A stretch of DNA of 60,768 bases, the filler included, from Jimgerdemannia flammicorona (Eukaryota): assembly GCA_003990765.1 (NCBI GenBank). It is 3 parts of 3 records of this genome, joined end to end, with 100 filler letters (N's around TTAATTAATTAA, not from the genome) between each part and the next. Parts side by side here need not be neighbours in the genome. Positions count along the whole stretch, not along the records: positions 1 to 20,196 come from RBNJ01001738.1; positions 20,297 to 40,486 come from RBNJ01001739.1; 1 more part is not named here. One strand, 5' to 3'. Both the position numbers and the translations under genes were made by a program. The notes beneath the pieces were generated by a model. That model was not told where the DNA came from. It saw nothing but the letters and a program-made list of their open reading frames with translations, and made no database searches. This document shows positions 12,780 to 25,003 of this stretch, in pieces (positions within the stretch are counted from its first letter, which is position 1; the number at the start of each line of letters is the position of its first letter).

Positions 12780-15700
12780 TTAGAGCTGTAGTTCCTTTCT
12801 TTGCTGGGAGGTGAGTGTTTCCATGTAGTCCTGGAGGGCTTCATGTGCATTCTTCAGGGCTTCTTCTTTTTCCCAGGTGGCATCATGGGTGGGGTAACCC
12901 TTCCACTTGATCAGGAAAAAGTGCTTGACTGTTTTGGGATGTTTGCGGACCTTGTGGTCAAGTACTTCCTCAATTTCGAATTCCTCGTGATCATTGATCC
13001 TAATTGGGGGTGGTGGTGGAACTGTATGCTCAGGGAATGGGTTCTCGTGGTAGTCCACCAATTGGCTGATATAGTATACTGGGTGTACTCAGATATTGTG
13101 GGGAAGTTGCAACTTGTAGTTGACTTTGCTGATTTTTTCCACGATCTTGTATGGTCCAATTCTTCTAGCACAGAGTTTCTTGGCTGGTTGTTGTGCCAGG
13201 GTGTCAGGGTGGAGGTGGTCTGTTCTAAGCATGACCTTGTCACCAATATTATAGGAGGCTTCTCTTCACTTCAAATTCATGTACTTGGTCTGGTAGTCTT
13301 GTACTTCTATGAGAGCATCTCTTGTCATTTGCATAAGGTCAGAAATGTTCTCAGCCAGATCTTGGGCTGCTGGGACTGCTGATTTTGCAGTTGTACTTGG
13401 GGTCCTTGGGTGTTGACCATGGTTCAGAAAGAATGGAGTCTTCTTTGTGGAGGTTTGCTGACTGTTATTATAGGCAAACTTAGCATGGGCTAGGTACTTG
13501 TCCCAATCATTTTGCTTGTAACAGCAGAAAATGCTAAGCATCTATTTGAGAGTCCTGTTTGTTTGCTCGGTTTGACCATCAGTCTGAGAGTGGTAGGCAG
13601 TAGAGAACTTCATCTTGGTTCCATGGAGGGAGAAAAATGCCTTCCAGAAATTGCTTGTGAACTTGGCATCTCGGTCAGATACAATAGTGCTAGGCATGCC
13701 ATGTAGCCTGAATACTTGGTTGAGAAAGATCTTGGCAATCTCTGGTACTGTAGCAGTGGTCTTGGTGGGTGCAAAATGGGCTTGTTTACTTAGGTGGTCC
13801 ACGAATACCATGATGGCATCCCACCCTGCCTTGGTCTTGGGGAGTTGGACAATGAAGTCCATTGCAATCTGGTCCCAATTGTGACTTGGGATAGGCAAGG
13901 GTTGCAGGAGTCCTGCTGGTAGCTTGTTACCACTTTTGAACCTTTGGCACATCTCACATGAGGCCACAAAGTCTTTGATATCCTTGGTCATCTTTGGCCA
14001 GTAGAACTCTCTTGAGAGGAGGTTGTAGGTCTTTTCAAAACCAAAGTGTCCTGCTGCAGGAGTATCATGGAGTTCCTGCATAATTTTGAGTCACAGAGTA
14101 TTATTGTTGGGTACAACCACTCTGTCATGGTCCCTGTAGATAAGTCTATCATGGTAGGTGAATCTCTTGGCCATTTGCCTCATGGGTTCTGGAATCTTGG
14201 CCTCTGGGTCTTGGCAGAATTGAAGGAAATCCATCAGGGGGCTGTCTTGCTGATAGCCATCCTTGATCATTTGGGTAAGATCTCTAATTACTTCAACCAT
14301 GAAGACAAGTTCGTCTTCCATGTACCTGGAGAAACCATCAGCCACATGGTTGGTTTTGCCTGGGATATACTTGACTTCCATATCAAAGTTGGCAATGATT
14401 TCCATCTAGCAGGCTTGTCTGTGGGTCAGTATGGGCTGTGTGTGAATATACCGCAGTGTATGGTGATCAGTGTAGGCCACAAATGGCTGTCCTAGGAGGA
14501 AATGGCACCATTCCTAGAGTGCAGTGACAATAGCCAGGAGTTCCTTCTCATGGGTGGTATACCGGGTCTCAGCTGGCTTGAGCTTCTGTGAAAGGTAGAC
14601 CACTGGGCAGTCTTCTTGGCTGAGCACTGCTCCAATAGCAATGTCAGAGGCATCTGTGGTCAGAGTGAATGGTCTGGTAGGATCAGATGCAATTAGCACT
14701 GTGGCCTCAATAAGGAGTCTCTTGAGATGGTCCATAGCCAGGGTGTATTTGAGAGTCTATTCAGCTTTGATGTTCACTCCTTTATGGGCCAGGCTAGTCA
14801 ATGGGGCTGCAATAGCAGAGTATCCTTGGGTAAATCTTCGGTAATAACTGGCAATACCCAGAAAGCACTGGAGTAGCTTGAGGGTAGTAGAGATAGGGAT
14901 ATCCTTGAGGGCTGATACCTTTCGGGGGTCCACGTTGATTCCTTCAGCAGAGATGATGTGTCCTAAGTACTCGATCTGGTCTTGGTAGAACTTACACTTG
15001 CTCATCTTGGCATAGAGCTGGTGTTCTCGTAGAAGGGTCAGTACTTGTCTAAGGTGGATATAGTGTAGCTCTACTGTCTCGCTGTAGATTAGTATATCAT
15101 CAATATACATAAGGACACAGATGTTGAGGAGTGGTCCAAAGATATCATTCATCAGATACTGGAATGTTGCTGGTGCATTAGTCAATTCAAAAGGCATGAC
15201 TCAGAACTGATAGTGTCCAAACTGTGTTCGAAAAGCTGTCTTCTCAATGTCCTTCTCATCAATGAGAATCTGGTGGTAGCCATTTCACAAGTCCAGTAGA
15301 GAAAAGGTCTTGGCCTTGAAGATTTGGTGTAGTAACTCATCAATTCTGGGCAAGGCATATCGGTTCTTGATGGTGATCTTGTTGAGGGCTCTGTAGTCAA
15401 TACACATTCACAAAGAGCCATCCTTCTTCTTGATAAATAGAATGGGGGCTCCAAATGGAGAGTGGCTGGGTTCAATGTATCCTTTGGCCAGTAGTTTGGT
15501 CAATTCATCTTTGAGGGTCTTGAGTTCAGGTTGGGCCAGTTGGTAGATACTCTTGTATGGGGGTTCAGATCCTGGGATAAGATCAATTCCATGTTGGATT
15601 TGGCGCTTGGGTGGGAGTCCTTGAGGGTCTTAGAATACATCTTGGAATTCTTCAAACAGTTCTTGAGCTTCTGTTGGAATTTGGCTACTTGTAGCATCAG

Positions 15701-18700
15701 TAACTTCTTGTATGGTACTGATGAAGTAGGTGTTTCCCTTTTTTCAAGAGAGTCTCTTCATTTGAATGGCAGAGATGATTTTGATTCCTTAGTGGTTGGT
15801 ACCTTCTTGGAATATCAGGGTGATCTTTCTGCCTTCATGGGTCAGGTTGACCTCGTTGGTTCTCCAGTTGATGTCTGGGTTGTGTTGGGTCAACCAGGCT
15901 TTTCCTAAGATAATGTCTTGTCCTGGGGGATCTACAATGCTGAAGTCCAACTTCTCTTGATATTTGCCAATCTTGAGCAAAAGGTCTTTGCAGATCTTGG
16001 TCAATGGTGCAGTCTTTCCATCACCAAAGGTAACACTTCTTTTCTCAGTAGTTGGTCTGCTTCGGGCTCCAATCTTCTTGGCAGTCTTGGTGCTGATGTA
16101 GTTTCCAGTAGCACCACTATAAAACAAGACATTGACATTTTGTCTGTAGACTTGGCCTGTGAACTTGATGCAACTATCCTCCTTCTTGATAGTATTGAGC
16201 TCTTCATCCTCATTATTGTCCCAATTACTATCAGTCTCTTTGAAGTCAGTTTCTCCCTATGCTTCACAAGGAGGGTTGTCTTGTTTGGGTTCCTCAGTCT
16301 GTTGAGCTTGGCATTTCTCGGATTGAATTTTGAAAACTTTGGAGAGGCATGCATGGCATTCACTAACATGTTCCATGCAGTATATTCGAATAGAATGATG
16401 GCATTGTCCACATGATGTATAGCCATTTGCAATTCTCTTATACCAGTTTTCATCATCTTCCTTCATGGTAGTGACCTTTTGACTGGGAGGTTTGTTGGTA
16501 GATCCAAACCCTTTCTTGCCATGGTCTGTCTGGGAGAGTTCGGGGACTTCTCCAATGGTGAGATCTTGATGGATTTCTTCAATGATTGCTTGAGCAATCC
16601 TTTGGCCTGTTTTGACTTTAAATGATGTGTCTTCAAAATTTCGCAAGATGACACGGATTTCACCAGTAAATCCTTGGTCAACTACTCCTCCTCCTAGCCC
16701 AATGTTGAACTCTTTGGCTAGGCTACTTCGCTCAGCAAGGTGAATGTATGTACCTCTGGGGGCTTGCATTGCAATTCCCATTCACACTGTAGCATTGGTA
16801 CTTGGTGAGATGGTGAGGTCTTGGCTGCTGTAGAGGTCATATCCAGCATTAGTTGGGTGGGCCTTAGTGGGGATGGTAGCCTTGTATCATATCTTCTGTA
16901 ATTTTATAACATTCTTGGGGTTCTTCTTTCCTGGACCTTCTCTAATAACAGTAATGTTCTGGTTACTGGGTTCGCCTGATCTGTTTCTCTTCTCAGGGCA
17001 TTTGACTGAGATATGTCCTGTCTTCTTGTAGATGAAGCACAATCCTTTTTCGTGGAGCTGCTTCTTCTCATCCTCAGTGGGAGGTCTGGGTCCTCTGGGG
17101 TTTTGCTGGTTCCTTTGATCATATCTTTGATCATATCTTTGGTCATTCCTTTGATCATTTCTCCTGGTTGGATTTCTCCTGTCTTGGGTATCTTTCTTGT
17201 GTTCTTGATTTCATAGGGCTTGTACAGCAAGGATTTCATGGGCTCTTCTTTGTACTTGGGCAAAGCACCATGAGTAGTGGGGGCATCCTTGGGGAAGACC
17301 TTGTTCCTTGATCTTCTGGGTGAGCCAGTCTGGTAGGGCTACAAAGAGATGGTTGGCTCTGGTACCATTGATGGCTAAATTGTTCTCCTGATAGGTAAGT
17401 CCAACGGTTTTGAGATAGGCATTCATTCTGGTGGCAAAGGTCTCTAGATCTTCTTCCCCATTCTTGTGGAACTTCATCTGGGACAGTTTGTTCCAAGTTT
17501 CTTGTATATAGGCTGCATTTTGGAATTTGGTCAGTAGCAAGGCCTTGAGTCCTGGGCCTGCTTCATGGTCATTCCAACCTGGTCTATTGTTGCCAGGTAC
17601 TTGTCCATTGACTTGAGGGCAGGCTTCCCAGGTTACTGGGTGTTGTTCCAAGGTTCACCAGAATTCGGCTGCTGTTCCAGTAAAGAATGTGGCTACTGTT
17701 TCTACTTGTGCTGCTGATGTGGCAAACAGCTATTGAAGGGTGCTGTTCTGGTTGTTGGTGAGCATTCCTATAGGTACTCAGTTGTCATTCCATTGGTTTG
17801 CTCAGTAGCCTGTATCAACTGCATTGATGAAGTTTTCAATATCGCTGTTTTTTCCACTGAATGTTGGAATTCGCAAGGTCTTGGTTGGTTTGTTCTGTTC
17901 AGCAATCTGTCCTACTATCCCTGCTAGTGCTGCTAGCTGGGTGGTCAGTGCTGTAATGTTGGCATCTACCATTGTGTTGACTATTGGTGGTGGGCCTATT
18001 GGGGTAGATTCTCCTGAAGGTTGTTCTGCTTGGTGGAGTTGTGGGGCTGTATGACTTGGAGTTACTTGATTCCCAGATATTAAGTCAAAGAGTCCTGTGA
18101 GAGAGAGTAAACCAAATCTCTGTATAGGTGGCTGGGTTGGTTCTGGGGTCGGATCTTCTTGACCTGTGGTTCCTTGGTAAATTTCTAGGTCTGCTGTTCC
18201 TCGTTGGCTATTGTCAGACTGGTGACCTGTAGATTCTTCATCTGACTCCCTTCCCTGATGAGATAGTGCGTCCTCGTACTGACTAGGTCCTTCAAAGAGG
18301 ATATCAGTCTCTGGCTGGGTTGATGGACCTGCTTCTTGTTCAGCAGTAGGAGATGGATGGCCTGCTTGCTCGTTCTCATACCTAGTTATGGCAGAGGCAT
18401 AGTATATAACTAGCCTGTAGTAGAGGGAGGTCTTGGTTGGTATATAATGATACCTGTCAGAGGCAATCCACTCGGCAGCTGCTTCTCTTGCAGCAGGGGG
18501 TGTAATATAATCTAAAAAATCCTGAGTGGCTACAGCAGTAGATTCTGGGGTCCTAGTGGTTTCAATGTGTCCTCGGAGGAGTTCGTAGAACCTACAGTGG
18601 CTAACAATATTCCTAAGTCCTGGGTGGTATGTCCTAAAGGCCTGGTATAGATCCTTGTAAGCCTGGTCAATTACAAGCTGGTGGGTCCTTGGGTCTGTAA

Positions 18701-18761
18701 TTTCCTGGTACCACCTGGTCCTAATGGCAAGGGCTTCTCTGGCTCTGGTTTGAGGATCCAC
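12780..18761 (-). pseudogene. B1 pre-gag extension plus gag-pol (CCHC, dUTPase ~16495-16915, PR, RT, RH, INT, chromodomain)
   Basis: Track ORFs 17802-18761, 17211-17651, 16257-16781 (GGVVDQGFTGEI..KKGFGST), 15789-16127 (SGATGNYIS), 14757-15197 (YIDD), 13542-14081 (HHCC/INT), 12780-13061 (chromo). Confidence 0.95.
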
Positions 18762-18862
18762 AGTTGTTTCTGGGGGTTACTCCTGTCCAAGGTTGGTCTT
18801 GTTCCAACTTCAGAAGTATGTTCTTTGGTGCCTTCTTGGTTGGTAATCTGCTGCTACCAAGT

Positions 18863-19641
18863 TGTAATAACTCTCACTTCTATCTCTCTCTTATCCTTTG
18901 GATAATTAGGGAAGTGGACTATTACTTAGGGACTTAGTACACAATGTGTACTAAGAAGCCTTCAGTTTGAGGAAGCGCTTGCTTAAAGTAGTTGTAGCAG
19001 CAGTGCCTTATCTTTCAAAGGTCTTTCTCTTGTGCCCTATTTCGAGAGTCTTATTCTTTGCTGTGCACAGACTGAATTCGCCTTGGAATTCAGGTTCAAT
19101 GGGTTTACTTAAGTCTTTGGGGATTTATATACTGGTCTCAGTTCTGGCAGAAGTTAGCTAGGCTTCTGGATTTTAGTCAGAAACACTAGAGTCACTTAGA
19201 TGTCATTACTAAGACTTAGGGGAATGTGTGTGTGTGGGGGGAACTTGATTCTTGTATCAAGGACTGAACTAAAACTGCTTTATTTCGGATAGAAACTGGG
19301 GGGTATTTATACAAGTTGGTCCGCGATTTCTGACTAAGTATGAGTGACTAATTTGGTAACTATAATGAGAATTGTGATCGCGACCTTTGTCAGATGGTTT
19401 TTGGTAAAAACAACTTTGTGATCAGGACCTCAATTACTAGGCAATGATCAGCTGCTGTGCCAACTGTTGCTGCTGCGCCGATTATTGGGGATAAGCTGGA
19501 TATCGTTTTCCACGTCGTTTCACATTGTTCGTCATTCGTAATTCATATGTCGCACTTCGTTCATATGATGACGTCATCGCTCGCCAGGTCATGTGATCAG
19601 TCGTCATTCATCACGTCCCATCTGTTCCTCGTTCTATTACA
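18863..19641 (-). repeat. Family B 5' LTR (B1)
   Basis: TGTAATAAC...ATTACA next to the PBS; lacks one unit of an internal TTTCAAAGGTC direct repeat present in the other B LTRs. Confidence 0.9.
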
Positions 19642-19833
19642 CAGGTGCAGTGGGGCAAAGTAGCCTGCACCTCATTCTGTGCACTATGCTCTCCCTACCA
19701 CCAGGGGAAACCCAGCCATACACTAATGACCAAAAGTGCATGCCTGAGAACTCAATGTATGTACAAGGCCATACCTGAGCCGAATAGAATAGCCCCTGCC
19801 ACCTCAAAGAGAATGACAGACAAAGAAAAAAAC
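19642..19833 (-). mobile_element. Fragment of retroposon S (copy 2)
   Basis: Homologous to 139-308 and to the reverse complement of ~60410-60600. Confidence 0.75.
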
Positions 19834-20196
19834 TGAACATTGGCTGGGGGAGTGTGAGGTCTTGGGGGTGTTTTGGGCTGAGATAGGGGATAGACTGGGT
19901 GTGGGGTGTCAGCAGGTGGGGGAGGGGGGTCGCTGGGAGGACTTAAGGTCTCGGCTTGTAGGTGGGGTGGGGGATAGTTGGCTCACTGTAGGATGGGTGT
20001 TAGCAGTATGGGTGGGGCTGGCGGGCCATTGGCTTTTTGTATTTGAGGAGGGACAGCAGTTGGGGCTGCAGGAGAAGGTGTCGAGGTGGGAGGAGCTAGT
20101 GGGGGATCTGCTGACCAGATGGTGGGTGGGTTGGGGTCCTCAGGGTGGACGACATTGCAGTTTGGTAATGAAGATCTGTGAGCAGAGTGGGGGGAG
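19834..20196 (+). mobile_element. 5'-truncated LINE fragment encoding the ORF2 C-terminus
   Basis: EHWLGECEVLGVFWAEIGDRLG...WVGLAGHWLFVFE...GGR..LVMKICEQSGG matches the ORF2 C-terminus of the LINE at ~52490-52930 (minus); preceded by A-rich target-like AAAGAAAAAAAC. Confidence 0.8.
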
Positions 20197-20296
20197 NNNN
20201 NNNNNNNNNNNNNNNNNNNNNNNNNNNNNNNNNNNNNNNNTTAATTAATTAANNNNNNNNNNNNNNNNNNNNNNNNNNNNNNNNNNNNNNNNNNNN
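20197..20296. other. Artificial assembly linker N44-TTAATTAATTAA-N44
   Basis: 100-bp gap containing a six-frame stop linker; identical to 40487-40586. Confidence 0.95.
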
Positions 20297-20306
20297 TTTT
20301 TTAACC

Positions 20307-23300
20307 CTATGAGAGCATCTCTTGTCATTCAGGTAAGGTCAGAAATAGTCTCAGCCAGATCTTGGGCTGCTGGGACTACTGATTTCACAGTAGTACTTGG
20401 GGTCCTTGGGTGTTGACTGTGGTTTAAGAAAAATGGGGTCTTCTTCGTGGAGGTTTACTGACTGTTGTTGTAGGCAAACTCAGTATAGGCTAGGTACTTG
20501 TCCCAATTATTTAATTTGTAATAGCAGAAGATGCTAAGCATCTGCTTGAGAGTTCTGTTGGTATGCTCGGTTTGACCATCAGTCTGAGGGTAGTAGGCAG
20601 TAGAGAACTTCAGCTTGGTTCCATGGAGAGAGAAAAATACCTTCCAGAAGTTGCTTGTGAACTTGGCATCTTGGTCAGATACAATAGTACTAGGCATGCT
20701 ATGTAGCCTGAATACTTAATTGAGGAAAATCTCAGCAATCTCTGGTGCTGTAGTGGTGGTCTTGTTGGGTGCAAAATGGGCTTGTTTACTTAGGCGGTCC
20801 ATGAATACCACAATGGCATCCCATCTTGTCTTGATCTTGGGGAGTTGGACAATAAAGTCCATTGCAATCTGGTCCCAATTGTAACTCAGAATAGGCAAGG
20901 GTTGCAGGAGTCCTGCTGGTAGCTTATTACCACTTTTAAATCTCTGGCACATCTCATATGAGGTCACAAAGTCTTTGATGTCCTTGGTTATCTTTGGCCA
21001 GTAGAACTCTCTTGAGAGGAGGTTGTAGGTTTTTTTGAAACCAAAATGTCCTGCTGCAGGAGTATCATGGAGTTCCTGCATGATCTTGAGCCACAGAGTA
21101 TCATTGTTGGATACAACTACTCTGTTGTGGTCCCTGTAGATAAGTCCATCATGATAGGTGAATCTCTTGGCCATTTACCTCATGGGTTCTGGAATCTTGG
21201 CCTCTGGGTCTTGGCAGAATTGAAGGAAATTTGTCAGAGGGCTGTCTTGCTGATAGCCATCCTTGATCATTTGGGTAAGATCTTCAATTACTTCAATCAT
21301 GAAAACAAGTTCATCTTCCATGTACCTGGAGAAACCATCAGCCATACAGTTGGTTTTGCCTGAAATATACTTGATTTCCATATCAAAGTTGGCAATGATT
21401 TCTATCCAGCGGGCTTGTCTGTGGGTCAGCATAAGCTGTGTATGAATATACTGCAATGCATAGTGATCAGTGTAGGCCACAAATGGCTGTCCTAGGAGGA
21501 AATGGTACTATTCCTAAAGTGCAGTGACAATAGCCAGGAGTTCCTTCTCATAGGTAGTATACTGGGTTTCCCCTGGCTTGAGCTTTTGAGAAAGGTAGGC
21601 CACTGGGCAGTCTTCTTGGCTGAGCACTGCCCCAATGGCAATGTCAGAGGCATCTATGATCAGAGTGAATGGTCTGATAGAGTCAGGTGCAATTAGCACT
21701 GGGGCCTCAGTAAGGAGTCTCTTGAGATGGCCCCTAGTCAGGATGCATTTGGGGGTCCATTCAGTTTTGATGTTCACTCCTTTGTGGGCCAGGCTGGTCA
21801 GTGGGGCTGCAATAGCAGAGTATCCTTAGATAAACCTTCAGTAATAACTGGCAATATCCAGAAAGTGCTGGAGTAGCTTAAGGGTAGTAGGGATAAGGAT
21901 ATCCTTAAGGACTGATACCTTTTGGGGGTCCACATTGATACCTTCAGCAGAGATGATGTATCCTAAGTACTCAATCTAGTCTTGATAGAACTTAAACTTG
22001 CTCATCTTGGCATAGAGCTGGTGTTCTCGCAGAAGGGTCAGTACCTGTCTGAGGTAGGTGTAGTGTAGCTCTACTGTCTCACTGTAGATTAGTATATCAT
22101 CAATATACACAAGAATACAGATTTTGAGAAGTGGTCCAAAGATGTCATTCATCAGATACTGGAATGTTGCTGGTGTATTGGTCAATCCAAAAGGCATGAC
22201 TTGGAATGGGTAGTGCCCAAACTATGTTCAGAAAGCTGTATTCTCAATGTCCTTCTCATCAATGAGAATCTGGTGGTAGCCATTTTACAAATCCAGTAGA
22301 GAAAAGGTCTTGGCCTTAAAGATTTAGTATAGCAACTCATCAATCCTAGGTAAGGCATACTGGTTCTTGATAGTGATCTTATTGAGGGCTCTGTAGTCAA
22401 AACACATTCACAGAGAGCCATTCTTCTTTTTGACAAATAGAATGGGGGCTCCAAATGGAGAGCAGCTGGGTTCAATATATCCTTGGGCCAGTAGTTTGGT
22501 CAATTCATCCTTGAGGGTCTTGAGCTCAGGTTGGGCCAGTTGGTAGATACTCTTGTATGGGGGTTCAGATCCTGAAATGAGATCAATTCCATGTTGGATT
22601 TGGCACTTAGGTGGAAGTCCTTGGGGGTCTTGGAATATATTTTGGAATTCTTCAAACAGTTCTTGAGCTTCTGTTGGAATTGGGCTACTTGTAGCTTCAG
22701 TGACTTCTTATACTATACAGATGAAGTAGGTGTTTCCCTTTTTTCGAGAGAGTCTCTTCATTTGAATGGCAGAGATGATTTCGATTCCTTGGTGGTTTGT
22801 ACCTTCCTGTGGTATCAGGGTGATCTTTCTGTCTTCATGGGTCAGGTTAACCTTGTTGGTTCTCCAGTTGATGTCTGGATTGTACTGGGTCAACCAGGCT
22901 TTTTCTAAGATAATATCTTGTCCTGAGAGGTCTACAATGCTGAAGTCTAACTTCTCTTGATATTTGCCAATCTTGAGCCAAGATCTTCGCAGATCTTGGT
23001 CAATGGTGCAGTTTTTCTATCACTAAAGGTAACACTTCTTTTCTTGGTAGTTGGTCTGCTTCGGGCTCCAATCCTATTGACTGTCTTAGTGCTGATATAG
23101 TTTCCAGTAGCACCACTATCAAGCAAGATATTGACATTTTATCTGTGGACTTGGCCTGTGAACTTGATGCAACTGTCCTCCTTCTTGATGGTATTGAGCT
23201 CTTCATCTTCATTATTGTCCCAATTGCTGTCAGTCTCCTCGAAATCAGTTTCTCCCCATCCTTCACAAGAAGGGTTGTTTTGTTTGGGTTCCTCAGTCTG

Positions 23301-24087
23301 TTGGGCTTGGCATTTCTTAGATTGAATTTTGAAAACTTTGGAGAGGCATGCATGGTATTCACCAACATGTTCCATACAGTACATTCAAATAGAATGAGGG
23401 CATCATCCACATGGTGCATAACTATCTGCAATTCTCTTATATCAGTTTTCATCATCTTATTTCATGGTAGTGACCTTTTGACTAGGAGGTTTGTTGGTAG
23501 ATCCAAACCCTTTCTTACCATGATCTGTCTGGGAGAGATCGGGAACTTCTTCAATGGTGAGATCTTGACGGATTTCTTCAATGATTGCTTGGGCAATCCT
23601 TTGGCCTGTTTTGACTTCAAATGATATGTTTCCAAAATTTTGTAAGATGATATGGATTTTGCCAGTAAATCCTTGGTCAACTACTCCTCCTCCTAGTCTA
23701 ATGTTGAACTCTTTGGCTAGGCTGCTTCACTCAGCAAGGCAGATGTATGTTCCTTTGGAAGCTTGCATTGTAATTCCTGTTTGCACTATAGCATTGGTAC
23801 TTGGTGGAATAGTGAGGTCTTGGCTGCTGTAGAGATCATATCCAGCATTGATTGGGTGAGCCTTAGTGGGAATAGTAGCCTTGTACCATATCTTCTGTAT
23901 TTTGATGACATTCTCAGGGTTTTTCTTTCCTGGACCTTCTCCAATAATAGTAATGTTCTGGTTACTGGGTTTGCCTGTTTTGTTCTTCTTCTCAGGGCAT
24001 CTGAATGAGATGTGTCCTGCCTTCTTGCAGATAAAGCACAATCCCTTTTCATGGAGCTGCTTCTTCTCATCCTTGGTGGGGGTCTGG
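20307..24087 (-). mobile_element. Family B copy B2, internal fragment (INT to CCHC), cut by the gap and by B3
   Basis: Colinear with 13307-17090; dUTPase ~23495-23912; junction GGTCTGG|TATAATAG. Confidence 0.92.
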
Positions 24088-24901
24088 TATAATAGAATGA
24101 ACGAGCAAATAGATGGGACATGACAAGACAAACGATCACATGACCCGGCAATGACATCATCATACAATCAAGCATGGCATATGAATAATGAGTGTTAAAC
24201 AATGCAAACGAATGATGCGGAAAATGATATTTAGCTTATCCCTGACAACTGATACTGCAGCAACAGTTGCCACAGCTACTGATCATTGCCTAGTAATTGA
24301 GGTCCTGATCATAAAGATATTCTTTATCAAAACCCACCTGACAAAGGTTGCGATCACAAACCTCATTATAGTTACCAAATTAGTCACTCATACTTAGTCA
24401 GAAATCATGGACCAACTTGTATAAATACCCCCCAGTTTTCCATCCGAAATAAAGCAGTTTTAGTTCAGTCCTTGATATAAGAATCAAGTCTCCCCCCACA
24501 CACACACATTCCCCTGAGTCTTAGTAATGATATCTAAGTGACTCTAGTGTTTCTGACTAAACTCCAGAAGCCTAGCTAACTTCTGCCAGAACTGAGACCG
24601 GTATATAAATCCCCAAAGACTTAAGTTAACCCATTGAATCTGAATTCCAAGGCAAATTCAGTCTGTGCACACCAAAGAACGAGACCCTCGAAATAGGGCA
24701 CAAGAGAAAGACCTTTGAAATAGAAGGCAACCCAGAGAAAGACCTTTGAAAGATAAGGCACTGCCACTACAATTACTTAAAGTGAGCACTTCCTCAAACT
24801 GAAGGCTTCTTGGTATACATTGTATACTAAGTCCCTAAGTAATAGTCTACTTCCCTAATTATTCTAAGGATAAGAGAGGGGTAGAAGTGAGAGTTATTAC
24901 A
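24088..24901 (+). repeat. Family B 5' LTR (B3)
   Basis: TATAATAG...TTATTACA followed by ACT-TGGTAGCAG. Confidence 0.9.
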
Positions 24902-25003
24902 ACTTGGTAGCAGTGGATTACCAGCCAAGAAGACACCAAAGAACACACTCCTGAAGTTGGAACAAGACCAATCTTGGACAGAAGTAACCCCTAGAAATAA
25001 CTG

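Larger units (their letters stand above)
10502..19641 (-). mobile_element. Ty3/Gypsy chromovirus family B copy B1 (two LTRs, no matching TSD)
   Basis: LTRs at 10502-11317 and 18863-19641, PPT 11318-11330, PBS 18848-18859, complete degenerate gag-pol. Confidence 0.95.

Noticed and set aside
19642..20196. Twin-priming inversion of a single LINE
   Set aside because: The inverted part is S sequence that is absent from the full-length LINE; a LINE fragment inserted into S is simpler
20241..20252. Palindromic TTAATTAATTAA (also at 40531-40542)
   Set aside because: Artificial linker centred in N runs; adjacency across these gaps should not be trusted
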